64,000 bases of DNA from Candidatus Kuenenia stuttgartensis (GCA_945876185.1 CAMCMZ010000001.1:66310-130309); one strand, 5' to 3'. Shown: positions 47,422 to 56,599, counted from the first letter of the stretch. Numbers and translations are program-made. The notes: a model not told the origin generated them from the letters alone.

Positions 47422-48921
47422 CTATTTGACCAGCACGCCCAGGCGCTGGGCAGCGGCCGCAAGGCGTTCAATCACCCGCACCTGGCCGATCGCGGCCAGG
47501 GTCTCGAACAGCGGGGGCGATTCCTTGCGGCCGCTGGCGGCGACGCGCAGGAGCATGAACACCGTCTTGCGGTTCCAAAGCCTGGCCTCGGCGAGTTGCG
47601 CCGGCGTCGCCTCCGGTTTTTCCACTGCGCGTTCGTCGATCGCCCCGCCGATCAAGGTTTCCAGGGCTTTCGCATCCCAGGTGCCGTTCGCGCCGGCGTG
47701 GTCTTTCAGCACGCGGACGAGCTTTTCCAGGATCAGCTTCGCCTGCGGCCGATCGAGGCCCTTGGGCACCAGGTCGTCCAGGTGCGGCTCGACCGTTTCG
47801 GCATAGAACGGCGCTGATTGCAGTAGGTAGTCGCCGCCGAAGACCATGCGTTCGCGTAAGAGCGGCAGAAGCTCATCAACCCGCGCGTCGACAGCGCGGT
47901 GGATCTCGGCCTTGAGTTGGTCCGGCCCGAGTTCGCGAAACCACAGGCCTTGCAGGTGTTTCAGCTTCGCGAGGTCGAACACCGGTCCGGCGACGTTGAT
48001 GCGGTCGAGGTCGAACACTGGGGCGAGTTCGGCGGCGGTGAACTTTTCCCGGCCATCGGGATGGCTGTGGCCGAGCAGGGCGAGGAAGTTGAGCAGCGCG
48101 TCGGGCAGGTAGCCCTGGCGGCGGTACCAGAGCAGGCTGGTGGGATTCTTGCGCTTGCTGATCTTCGACTTGTCGGCGTTGCGCAGCAGGCCGACGTGGA
48201 CGTATTCCGGCGCGGTGAAACCCAGGTGCTGGTTAAGCCACAAATGCTTGGGCAGCGAATTCAGCCATTCCTCGGCGCGAATGACGTGGGTGATGCCCAT
48301 CAGGTGGTCGTCGACCACCGCCGCGAGGTGGTAGGTCGGCCAGCCGTCGGATTTGAGCAGCACCTGATCGTCGATCTCGGCCCATTGCTTCACCACCGGC
48401 TGGCGGCGCAGGCGATCATTGTAGGTGGAAGCGCCCTCGGTCGGGGCCTTCATGCGCACGACGTGGGTCTCTCCAGCCTCGGCGCGCTTGGCGGATTCGG
48501 TGGCAGATAAGGCGCGGCAGCGGCGGTCGTACATCACCGGCTGCTTGGCCGCGAGCTGGCGCTCGCGCATGCCGCTCAGGTCGTCTGCCGTGCAGAAGCA
48601 GCGGTAGGCGTCATTCTGGGCGAGCAACTGATCTGCGTATTTCCGGTAGATCCCGAGCGCGACGCGCTCGCTTTGCACGTACGGGCCGTGATCGCCGCCG
48701 ACGTCGGGACCTTCGTCATAGCTCAGGCCGAGCCACTTGAGCGAGGCGTAGATCGCCTGCGCGCTGGCGTCGCTGCATCGGCCGCGATCGGTGTCTTCGA
48801 TGCGCAGGATGAACTTCCCGCCATGGCGGCGGGCGAAGCACCAGTTGATCAGGCCGATGTAGGCGGTGCCGACATGGGGATCACCGGTGGGGGACGGGGC
48901 GATGCGGACGCGGACGGTCAT
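47422..48921 (-). CDS. gltX: glutamate--tRNA ligase
   Basis: ORF 47422..49032. Start moved to ATG 48921 (MTVRVRIAPSPTGDPHVGTAYIGL, HIGH-type motif). KISKRK (KMSKS-type) is present. The 37 upstream codons (MAGETPALPG...) are repeat-element read-through. Confidence 0.9.
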   Translation of the reverse strand: MTVRVRIAPSPTGDPHVGTAYIGLINWCFARRHGGKFILRIEDTDRGRCSDASAQAIYASLKWLGLSYDEGPDVGGDHGPYVQSERVALGIYRKYADQLLAQNDAYRCFCTADDLSGMRERQLAAKQPVMYDRRCRALSATESAKRAEAGETHVVRMKAPTEGASTYNDRLRRQPVVKQWAEIDDQVLLKSDGWPTYHLAAVVDDHLMGITHVIRAEEWLNSLPKHLWLNQHLGFTAPEYVHVGLLRNADKSKISKRKNPTSLLWYRRQGYLPDALLNFLALLGHSHPDGREKFTAAELAPVFDLDRINVAGPVFDLAKLKHLQGLWFRELGPDQLKAEIHRAVDARVDELLPLLRERMVFGGDYLLQSAPFYAETVEPHLDDLVPKGLDRPQAKLILEKLVRVLKDHAGANGTWDAKALETLIGGAIDERAVEKPEATPAQLAEARLWNRKTVFMLLRVAASGRKESPPLFETLAAIGQVRVIERLAAAAQRLGVLVK

Positions 48922-48983
48922 AGGGCGGCGGATCGTTGGCGGGGTGCGGCAGGTGCAACCGTTGGCCCCGAGTGCGGCTCGGG

Positions 48984-49077
48984 GTGCCTCAAAAGTCGGC
49001 CCTCCTGGGAGCGCCGGCGTCTCGCCGGCCAAAAAAGCAGCATCCGCACGATGCCACCAACCGACTTTTGAGGCGAC
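48984..49077. repeat. ~94 bp MITE-like element with 14 bp terminal inverted repeats and a central GCCGGCG hairpin
   Basis: GCCTCAAAAGTCGG (48986-48999) and CCGACTTTTGAGGC (49061-49074) are perfect inverted repeats. The core is CCTGGGAGCGCCGGCGTCTCGCCGGCC (49004-49030). A left-half copy lies at 2783-2875. Confidence 0.85.
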
Positions 49078-49107
49078 CTGTGTTGTGATCGCTGCCGCTG
49101 CAGCGCG

Positions 49108-49947
49108 TCAGCGAAATGGGAAGCCAACGCCGTGCACCATCTCGCCGCCGAAGTGCCCAGCGAGGCCGACCGCGAGCGCGGTGGCGACGAGGGCAAGTTC
49201 CAGGATCCAGCGCCGTGAGGGATCGCGCTGGTGCAGGGCGGCGAGCAGGGCGCAGACGACCGTGCCCGACGCGGCGATCCAGCCGACCAGTTCGTGGCGG
49301 GCCAACATCTGTGGATCCTGATGGCCGGCGAAGAAGAGGCCGCTCGCTACCGCCGCCACCGCCGACGCGGCCCCGGCGTAGACGAGCAGGGCAAGCGCGG
49401 TGTCCCAGGTGCCACCACGCCGCCGTGCGATGAGGGCGAACGGCAGCACGATCAGGGTCAAGGCGATCGGGAAGTGGACGATGAGCGGATGCATCCGCCC
49501 GGCGAGCGGAGGGCCTGCTTTCGCAACCGGAACGTTCGCGACTGGCGTCGACTCGGCTCGGCTCATTGGCCAGGGCGCGCCGATCTCGACCCAGCGGGCG
49601 AGGTCGGCCACCACCTGCGCCGGCAGCGAGTCATCTGGCGGCATGTGCGGTTCCTGCGTTCGCCGCACGCTGGTCACCAGCCGGCTGTGATCCGAGTCGC
49701 CAGGGATGAGCGCGGGTCCATTTTCGCCGCCAGCCAGGGTGGCGGCGAGCGAATCCAGGCGCAGGCCGGCCTTCTGCTTTGTCGCGCCGTGGCAGCGCCA
49801 GCAATGCTCGCGCAGCACGGGTTCGATGCGGTTGCGGAAGAACGCAGCAGCGCTGGGATTCGCCCCGACGTCGACCCGATCGTCGCTGGCGGTCAGGGTG
49901 GCGCAGAGCATCAGCGCTGCGGTCAGGACGAGCAGGCTGCGGATCAT
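49108..49947 (-). CDS. Planctomycete-type cytochrome c domain (PSCyt1) fused to a DUF2231-like membrane domain
   Basis: ORF 49108..50583. Start set at ATG 49947 (MIRSLLVLTAALMLCATL signal peptide), because the upstream part is antisense to yqgE. FFRNRIEPVLREHCWRCHG (CxxCH). HPLIVHFPIAL followed by four hydrophobic helices. Confidence 0.7.
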   Translation of the reverse strand: MIRSLLVLTAALMLCATLTASDDRVDVGANPSAAAFFRNRIEPVLREHCWRCHGATKQKAGLRLDSLAATLAGGENGPALIPGDSDHSRLVTSVRRTQEPHMPPDDSLPAQVVADLARWVEIGAPWPMSRAESTPVANVPVAKAGPPLAGRMHPLIVHFPIALTLIVLPFALIARRRGGTWDTALALLVYAGAASAVAAVASGLFFAGHQDPQMLARHELVGWIAASGTVVCALLAALHQRDPSRRWILELALVATALAVGLAGHFGGEMVHGVGFPFR

Positions 49948-50058
49948 GCTGGGATGATCCTGGGCCGGTGTCTTGGTTCCAGCCGGAGCACCGTGGGCGC
50001 GTGACAGCGCAGGAATCAGCCACGGGTATGCAGTTGTCCCGCTGATGGCCGGATTACC

Positions 50059-50601
50059 GTGCCGGGCATGGATCCCGCCCCTGGCCGGCTGCTGGTCGCG
50101 AGCCCCGCGCTCACCGATGCCAACTTCGTCCGCAGCGTGATCTACCTGATCGAGCATTCCGCCCAGGGGACGCTGGGCGTGATCATCAACCGCCCGATCG
50201 ACATGCCGCTGGCCGACATCTGGAGCGAAGTGCCTGAGGGCCTGGCCCAGGCCCGCACGGCGGCCCAGGGCGGTCCGGTCGAACCCGATAAGGGTCTCCT
50301 TCTGCATGCCTGCGCCGACCTCGACGGGGCCGGCACCATGGGCAAGGGCATCTGCGTCGGCGGCAGCATCGAGGCGTTGGCGGAACGCTTCCGTTCTGGC
50401 CCGGATCAACAGGGCCCTCGCCTGTTTCTCGGTCACAGCGGTTGGTCGCCCGGCCAGCTCGACAACGAGATCGACGAAGGCGGTTGGATCGTGCGCAGCG
50501 GTCGCCCGGGGCAGCTCTTCGATCCGCGACCCTCGCCCAATCTCTGGCAGCAGCTCGCCGAGGGTCGCAGCGTGGGGCTGCACGATCCCAGTCCGAACTG
50601 A
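50059..50601 (+). CDS. YqgE/AlgH family protein (UPF0301)
   Basis: 180 aa (GTG 50059; in-frame ATG at 50068). GRLLVASPALTDANFVRSVIYLIEHSAQGTLGVIINRP is the family signature. Confidence 0.8.
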   Translation: MPGMDPAPGRLLVASPALTDANFVRSVIYLIEHSAQGTLGVIINRPIDMPLADIWSEVPEGLAQARTAAQGGPVEPDKGLLLHACADLDGAGTMGKGICVGGSIEALAERFRSGPDQQGPRLFLGHSGWSPGQLDNEIDEGGWIVRSGRPGQLFDPRPSPNLWQQLAEGRSVGLHDPSPN

Positions 50602-50683
50602 TTACTTGGTCAATCACCGCGTCTGCCATGGCGTCAGAACGGGTTTGGAGGACGTAAAACCGCTTTAGACTTCCGCCCGTCAA

Positions 50684-50756
50684 GGGCCTGTAGCTCAATG
50701 GTTAGAGCAGGTGACTCATAATCACTCGGTTGTCGGTTCGAGTCCGGCCAGGCCCA
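50684..50756 (+). tRNA. tRNA with CAT anticodon (Met, or Ile2 read via lysidine; anticodon arm looks ileX-like)
   Basis: Acceptor stem GGGCCTG/CAGGCCC. D arm TAGCTCAATGGTTAGAGCA. Anticodon stem GGTGA/TCACT with loop CTCATAA. T arm GTCGGTTCGAGTCCGGC. No encoded CCA. Confidence 0.9.
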
Positions 50757-51082
50757 TAAATGTTCGGGGAAACTGGGGCGGGGGTCTGTGTCTCACGCTG
50801 CAAGGATTGGCAGGTTTGGGTCAGGTCAACGCTGCCGCTGATGATTCGTAACCATTACAGGAACAACAGGAACACCAACATGCCGCATCAGATCAGGGGA
50901 TGCTGCTCACGTTTTGCCGGTCTGGGTCGGGTTGTAGCCACGGCCGGAATACAATGGTCTGATGGCGATAGCCCCGAGTCGCGGACTCGATTCCTAGAAA
51001 TCACACACCAATTCAAGCTGCCTTGGTGTCTCGCCAGCCACCTCTCAGCTCGCACTTCTCGCTACCCAAGGGACTAAGCATC

Positions 51083-53455
51083 ATGAACCATCTGAATTCA
51101 ATTTTGGGCCTGCTGGCCCTTTTCTGTCCCACCCTGCTTGCCGTCGATAGCGGCGGCAAACCTCCAGAGTACCCAGATATTCCTGCGGGACAGACCCGTG
51201 GAATCAAGGCGACGAAGGGGGGAAAGCTTCCCTATTGGGGCGACCGGCCGGACATGGCCAAGGTCATGACGGCAACCTTCATCGGCGGCAAGGGATCTGA
51301 ATGGCTGTGTGCGGGTGGCTTCCAGGCTGATGGGACCATCGTCCTTGCCGGAAACGTCAATGGCGGTGAGTTCGGCCTGGGCGTGGCTGAATCGGTGCTG
51401 GGCAGCGATGGTGCCCGGCCACCGACGGCAACATTCCTGCCGGCTACCGCTAAGACGGCCGCAGAAAAACCGAGCTGGCGACGCCCGGACACCACCGGTT
51501 TCCTGGTCTTCACCAGTCCTGATCTCAAGCAAATCAAGAAGGTTGTGCGTTTCCCCTGGTTGGCAGGGGCGATCACCAGCATGGCCATCGGCAAGGACGG
51601 TGAGATCTATCTCGCTGGACGGCCCGGTGACGCTGTGGCCGCTCTCGGCGGTACTCAGGGCGTGCTGGAAGTCGCTGCGGAACCGACCAAGAAGGAACCG
51701 CAGTGCACGGCTACCTTCGTGGCCAAGCTCAGCAAGGACGCGGGAAAGGTGGAATGGCTGTTCACCGCCAAAGGTCCCAGCGAAAGCCCCAGTGTTTCGC
51801 TGAAGAGCGACGGCAACGTGTACTTCGTGGGCCAGGACATGCGGATCGTCTCCGCCGCAGGTAAAACTCTGAGCGTAGCGGACATTCCGGGCGCAGCTTC
51901 ACACCTGCTCGCGGTCAATCCCAAGGATGGCACCTTCATCAAGGGCGGCGAATACAACACCGGTACGGGTCGTGAACCCTGGCGCTGCCCAGTGCTCAAC
52001 GTGCTTGAACCCGATGGAAAGCTGCGTTATCAGCTGTACGAATGGCCGTCGAACTACGTCGTACTTGACAATTGCCGCCAGGTCTCGGACACGGCAGTAC
52101 GCTTGGTCACCACGGATCGCGATGGGAATATTTTCGTGGTCATGTGGTCGGACGGCGGCAACAGCGTCGCAACCACCCTGCCAACCGACATCCGTCGGAG
52201 CGTTGGCACCCAGGGCACCGGCCTGAACGCTGCCGGAGCCGGGGCCACCAGCTTTGCCTACCTGGTGAAGCTGGATCCGGTCGATTACCAGGTGCTCGGC
52301 TGGACGATGTGGTGCAGTCGCTATAACGGCAAGGGCAACGGCGCCGGCGTCTCTACCATCTGTCAGTCTGACGACGGCTCTTTTCTCTTCGCCGGCGGAT
52401 CCGCCTGGGGCTTGGTCCAGACCAGCAACAAATTGGCGAACGGCGAACCCGGGGGGAGTTACATCACGGTGCTGACTCCGGATCTCTGTGGCGTACGCTA
52501 CTCCTCGTGCGTGCCTGGTGCAAGTGCCGCTGTGGTCGCGGGTGCATCGAACAACTGGGCCATTGGCAGCGGGTCGGTGGAGGGCAAGCAGCGCGCTCTC
52601 TTCCTGTGCGGGGCCAAGGCCGAGGAGGACGTCTACGGCCTGGTCACCCGGACGCCGACGGTGAATGCGCTGCAATCCACCTTTGGCGGCGGCCAAAGTG
52701 ACGGCTACGTGGTCATGCTCGACCTATCGGCGCCAGTGACCAAGCCGCAACCGAAAAAGGATCCCCCTCCGCGCCTGAACCTTGCCCGCGATGCGCATCC
52801 GGTCGGCCAGAAACCCAGGCCACCGAGGCCGGGCGAATACGTCGCCCCTACCCCTGCCACCTATGCGTTCAGCGATTCCGTACCACGCTGGAACAGTGCT
52901 GACGCGGAATTCCGGGTCGCTGATGGTTCCCACTGGCCCAACTTTGCGGTTGGTCGGCCGCAATCGGGTAGCCTGGATTGGTCGGCGGATGGTGCCAAGG
53001 GCGCCTTTACGTTGAAGATGGCTCGTTGGGCCCAGTCCAAGGGCAAGCAGGATCGACGCGTTCTGGGCGATCTTTTCACGGATGAGAAAGGGCCGGAGCT
53101 GACCTTCACGGTAACTTCAGTAGGTCCGCGCAAGACCGACAAGATCACCCACGTTGATGACAAGGGTCGCAATAGCGAACGAGAAGTGACCTCGCAAACC
53201 TTGGAGGCAACCCTTGGCCTGGGCACGCAATCTCACAAGATCACCTTCCAGGCCACCTTTGCCCAGGGGCTGGTCGTCGAGAAAAAAACCATGGAGAAGC
53301 TCCAGATCAATGCCTACGCCACCGTGAAGGGCAGCCAGCTCGGTCTGAAAGGGGATCTCGCCAGCAAAGAAATCGACATCCGTGTCAGTTGCCAGGGCAT
53401 CATTGGCGGTGCCGCCGCCACCAATGCCGGGGACTCCAAGAAGAAGCCAAAGTGA
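51083..53455 (+). CDS. secreted hypothetical protein with SBBP/beta-propeller-like repeats
   Basis: ORF 51023..53455. Start at ATG 51083 (MNHLNSILGLLALFCPTLLA signal). Recurrent motifs of the ..DG.I.LAG. / ..DGNVYFVG. / ..DGNIFVV. type. The C-terminal ~170 aa may be a YceI-like barrel (unverified). Visibly lower GC than the flanks. Confidence 0.55.
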   Translation: MNHLNSILGLLALFCPTLLAVDSGGKPPEYPDIPAGQTRGIKATKGGKLPYWGDRPDMAKVMTATFIGGKGSEWLCAGGFQADGTIVLAGNVNGGEFGLGVAESVLGSDGARPPTATFLPATAKTAAEKPSWRRPDTTGFLVFTSPDLKQIKKVVRFPWLAGAITSMAIGKDGEIYLAGRPGDAVAALGGTQGVLEVAAEPTKKEPQCTATFVAKLSKDAGKVEWLFTAKGPSESPSVSLKSDGNVYFVGQDMRIVSAAGKTLSVADIPGAASHLLAVNPKDGTFIKGGEYNTGTGREPWRCPVLNVLEPDGKLRYQLYEWPSNYVVLDNCRQVSDTAVRLVTTDRDGNIFVVMWSDGGNSVATTLPTDIRRSVGTQGTGLNAAGAGATSFAYLVKLDPVDYQVLGWTMWCSRYNGKGNGAGVSTICQSDDGSFLFAGGSAWGLVQTSNKLANGEPGGSYITVLTPDLCGVRYSSCVPGASAAVVAGASNNWAIGSGSVEGKQRALFLCGAKAEEDVYGLVTRTPTVNALQSTFGGGQSDGYVVMLDLSAPVTKPQPKKDPPPRLNLARDAHPVGQKPRPPRPGEYVAPTPATYAFSDSVPRWNSADAEFRVADGSHWPNFAVGRPQSGSLDWSADGAKGAFTLKMARWAQSKGKQDRRVLGDLFTDEKGPELTFTVTSVGPRKTDKITHVDDKGRNSEREVTSQTLEATLGLGTQSHKITFQATFAQGLVVEKKTMEKLQINAYATVKGSQLGLKGDLASKEIDIRVSCQGIIGGAAATNAGDSKKKPK

Positions 53456-53466
53456 CCCAAACCGGG

Positions 53467-54282
53467 TCATAATTTGCCCTGATTTTCTTGGCGCAACGAT
53501 CCCGGCGGGCACCCATGTTCCAGGCGGATCCAGCGGCTGAGGTGGCTGGCCGAATCGAAGCCGCACTGGTCGGCGATCGCGTCCAGGGTGAGGTCGGTGC
53601 GGGTCAGCAGATCGACAGCACGGCGGATCCGCCGGCGGCGCAGGGCGATGGCCGGTGGTTCGCCCCGGTGCTGATTGAAGGCCACGCGCAGGGTGGATGC
53701 GGCCACGCCCAGGCGTTTGGCGAGGGCGGTGAGCCGCAGTGGGGCATCGTGGCCCTGATCAGAGAGCGCCTCGGCCTCGGTCACCAGCGCCAGGCCCGGG
53801 TTGGCGCTTCCCCGGGTCGCTGCGCGGCGCAGGCGCAGGTCCAATTCGCCAGCCAGGAAGGCGAGCATGGCGTCGCGATCCGTCCCGGTGCTGGCCAGTT
53901 CACTGACGATCGCCGCGCACAGCCGTTCGATCGATCCCGCCGCATCGTCCTGGGTCTGGGTCGGCCAGGGTTGGTCGGGCGGCGCATCGAAGCAGATGTA
54001 CCAGTTCATGAAGCCGTTGCCGGCGATTTCAGCGTGCACGAGACCGGGCGGGGTCAGCCAGACGACGCCGGGTCTGGCCTGCGTCGCCACCCCGTCGACG
54101 ACGAAGCGCGGCCGGCCGCGCCGGTAATACACCAGTTCCCAGGCGGTATGCCGGTGCGGCGGAGTGTCGCGCCGGGGCGGGGCGGTGAAGCCGCCGCCAG
54201 CGAGGAACCGGATTGGCGATCCGTGCAAGCCTGGAATCGAAGTGTGCATGGAATACTTGGCTGGATAGGCATATACTGCCAA
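53467..54282 (-). CDS. AraC-family transcriptional regulator (cupin sensor + HTH)
   Basis: 271 aa. C-terminal double HTH LAKRLGVAASTLRVAFNQH...LTLDAIADQCGFDSASHLSRWIR. Divergent from the PhyH/URO-D gene pair. Confidence 0.85.
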   Translation of the reverse strand: MAVYAYPAKYSMHTSIPGLHGSPIRFLAGGGFTAPPRRDTPPHRHTAWELVYYRRGRPRFVVDGVATQARPGVVWLTPPGLVHAEIAGNGFMNWYICFDAPPDQPWPTQTQDDAAGSIERLCAAIVSELASTGTDRDAMLAFLAGELDLRLRRAATRGSANPGLALVTEAEALSDQGHDAPLRLTALAKRLGVAASTLRVAFNQHRGEPPAIALRRRRIRRAVDLLTRTDLTLDAIADQCGFDSASHLSRWIRLEHGCPPGSLRQENQGKL

Positions 54283-54287
54283 CCATC

Positions 54288-55118
54288 ATGAATGCACCCA
54301 TCGATCCATGCCAGACGGCTCCTCTTCTCGCCGGACCTACGTCCGGCCCCCTTCTTGCCGTGCCTACGGCCGGCCGCCTGGAACCATCCGCGTGCGTCGA
54401 CTTCGCCCGTGACGGGATGCTCCTGCGGCGCGGCTATTTCAGCCGGGCCGAGATGGACGCCCTGCTGTCCTATGCGCGCAATGACGCGCCATTGCAGCAG
54501 GGGGCGAGGGTGATGAAGGATGCCGCCGGCCGCGCCAGCCGGCTCAATCTCTGGACCACGTTGAGCGACGATCTGTATGCGCGCTTTTCGCGTTGCCGGC
54601 GGGTGGCCGGCGCGGCGGCGCAACTTCTCGGCGAGGAGGTCTACCACTGGCACGCCAAGATGATGCTCAAGGAACCCAAGATCGGCGGCGCCTGGGAATG
54701 GCACCAGGACTATGGTTACTGGTACCAGGACAAATGCCTCTCGCCGCAGTTGGTCAGTTGCATGGTCGCGGTCGATCGCGCGACCAAGGCCAACGGTTGT
54801 CTTCAGGTCCTGCGCGGCAGCCACCACTTTGGCCGCATCGACCACGGCAAGTTCGGCGATCAGGTCGGAGCCGATCCCGTCCGGGTCGCGGCGGCGCGGG
54901 TACGCTGCGAACTCGTCCATTTCGAGGCCGAACCAGGCGACGTGATTTTCTTCCACGGCAACCTGCTGCATGGATCCGAGGCCAACACCTCGGACCATTC
55001 ACGCTGGTCGCTGATCATGACCTACAACGCACGCTCGAACTCGCCCTTAGTCAGCGGCGGGTTCCATCCTGATTATAGCCCGCTGCCGATTCTTGAGGAC
55101 GATCTGATCTTGGGTTGA
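54288..55118 (+). CDS. phytanoyl-CoA dioxygenase (PhyH) family Fe(II)/2-oxoglutarate oxygenase
   Basis: Start at ATG 54288. WHQDYGYW (HxD iron ligands), then GDVIFFHGNLLHGSEAN (distal His). Confidence 0.8.
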   Translation: MNAPIDPCQTAPLLAGPTSGPLLAVPTAGRLEPSACVDFARDGMLLRRGYFSRAEMDALLSYARNDAPLQQGARVMKDAAGRASRLNLWTTLSDDLYARFSRCRRVAGAAAQLLGEEVYHWHAKMMLKEPKIGGAWEWHQDYGYWYQDKCLSPQLVSCMVAVDRATKANGCLQVLRGSHHFGRIDHGKFGDQVGADPVRVAAARVRCELVHFEAEPGDVIFFHGNLLHGSEANTSDHSRWSLIMTYNARSNSPLVSGGFHPDYSPLPILEDDLILG

Positions 55119-55177
55119 GCGTCTCCTTCGCCGCCGCGCCTTCGTCCTCACCGGGCATCACTGGGGAAAGCGAATCC

Positions 55178-56344
55178 ATGACCATCGTCAGCGAAGAGAC
55201 CGTCCACCTGCACCAGGCAGCGAGCGTCAGCCAGCAGCCCGCCGGTGGTTTGACCCCCGGTGAACGCGTGGTGTGCTGCCTGGCGGGCGGCACCCTCGAC
55301 CGCATCCCCTTTGGCATCGGGCTGGGCTGGCGTCCCTGGGGCGAGACCATGGCACGCTGGCAGCGCGAGTCCGGCCTGGAGAAACTCAATCTGGCGCGCG
55401 AACTTGGCTACGACACTGGTTTCGCCCTGCCGCGCATCGAACCCGGCGTCTTCCCGTTGTTTCCGGTTCAGGTCCTGGAGGAAGACGCGAACTACCGCAC
55501 CATGCGCGATGGCCGGGGCATCACCCGACGCGAACTGAAGAACAGCGGGAACATGCCGGAGTTCCTCGCCTGTCCGGTGAAGACCGAGGCGGACTGGGAA
55601 CGCTTCAAGCGCGAGCGCCTCGATCTGGCCACGTCTGGCCGCATCAGCGAGGACTGGCCCGCCTTCCGCGCCCGCCTGGCGCAGACCGGCGAGGCGGTGC
55701 AGGTCGGGGTCTTCCCCTGGGGCATCTTTGGCACCCCGCGCGATTTCCTTGGGGTCGAAAACCTGCTGGTCGACTTCTGCGACCGGCCGGAACTGCTTCA
55801 CGACATGATGGACACCCTCACCAGCCTGTGGATCGGTCTGTGGGAAAGCGTCGCCGCTGAGGTGCAGATCGACCACATCCACATCTGGGAGGACATGTCT
55901 GGCCGCCAGGGCTCGCTGATCTCGCCGCGCATGGTCGAGAAATTCATGATGCCGTGCTACGACCGCATCGTGGCCTTCGCCCGCAGTCACGGCGTGCGGG
56001 TGATCTCGGTCGACAGCGATGGCGATGTGAAGCAGCTCGTGCCGATCATGCGCTCGCACGGCATCAACGCGTTCTTCCCCTTTGAGGTCCAGGCCGGCTG
56101 CGACATCGAACGCTACCGCGACCAGTACCCGGATCTCGGCCTATGGGGCGGCCTCGACAAGCGCGCCCTCGCCCTTGGCCGTTCCGCCATCGACGTCGAG
56201 GTTGAACGCTGTGCCCGGATGTGCGAACGCGGCCGCTACCTGCCGATGTTCGACCACCTCATCCCGCCCGATGTCCCCTGGGCCGACTTCGTTTACGCTG
56301 CCGGCCGCATCCGCCGGGTGTGTTTCGGGCAGTCGCTGGGCTGA
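55178..56344 (+). CDS. uroporphyrinogen decarboxylase (URO-D) fold family protein
   Basis: ORF 55115..56344. ATG 55178 preferred (GGGGAAAG 8-14 nt upstream). TIM-barrel URO-D-like C-terminal pattern DSDGDV..L.P......IN.FFPFEVQAGCDI...R..YP.L.LWGGLDKR. Confidence 0.7.
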   Translation: MTIVSEETVHLHQAASVSQQPAGGLTPGERVVCCLAGGTLDRIPFGIGLGWRPWGETMARWQRESGLEKLNLARELGYDTGFALPRIEPGVFPLFPVQVLEEDANYRTMRDGRGITRRELKNSGNMPEFLACPVKTEADWERFKRERLDLATSGRISEDWPAFRARLAQTGEAVQVGVFPWGIFGTPRDFLGVENLLVDFCDRPELLHDMMDTLTSLWIGLWESVAAEVQIDHIHIWEDMSGRQGSLISPRMVEKFMMPCYDRIVAFARSHGVRVISVDSDGDVKQLVPIMRSHGINAFFPFEVQAGCDIERYRDQYPDLGLWGGLDKRALALGRSAIDVEVERCARMCERGRYLPMFDHLIPPDVPWADFVYAAGRIRRVCFGQSLG

Positions 56345-56394
56345 CCGCAAGAAGGACAGTCACCGTCGCGATTATTTTTTTGCGGGAATAGTTG

Positions 56395-56597
56395 GAAAAA
56401 TCGCAAGTGTACCCCAGCTGCAAGGCGGGAGGAAGGAGTGTGGCAGCGCTGCGTCCGGACAGGTGTGGCCGCACGGTCGCTTGGGGGCTCTGACGTAACT
56501 GAATTTGTCGAAGGCGTTCGCAGGCGCAGAGAAACACCTGTCCGGACGACGGAAGCCGACGACTAACGCCGCAGATGGGGTGCAATTGCGATTTTTC
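56395..56597. repeat. ~200 bp nested inverted repeat (27 bp outer arms, 15 bp inner arms)
   Basis: GAAAAATCGCAAGTGTACCCCAGCTGC (56395-56421) pairs with GCAGATGGGGTGCAATTGCGATTTTTC (56571-56597), 24/27 matched. CGTCCGGACAGGTGT (56452-56466) pairs with ACACCTGTCCGGACG (56534-56548), 15/15. Located between convergent gene ends. Confidence 0.8.
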
Positions 56598-56599
56598 AG

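Noticed and set aside
49948-50583. N-terminal 212 codons of ORF 49108..50583
   Set aside because: This stretch is antisense to the well-supported yqgE/algH gene. The real protein starts at the signal peptide MIRSLLVL (ATG 49947).
50757-51082. Integrated mobile element at the tRNA(CAT) 3' flank
   Set aside because: No integrase, no direct repeat of the tRNA 3' end and no phage or IS genes are seen downstream. Only a composition shift is present, and it is reported as a low-confidence finding instead.
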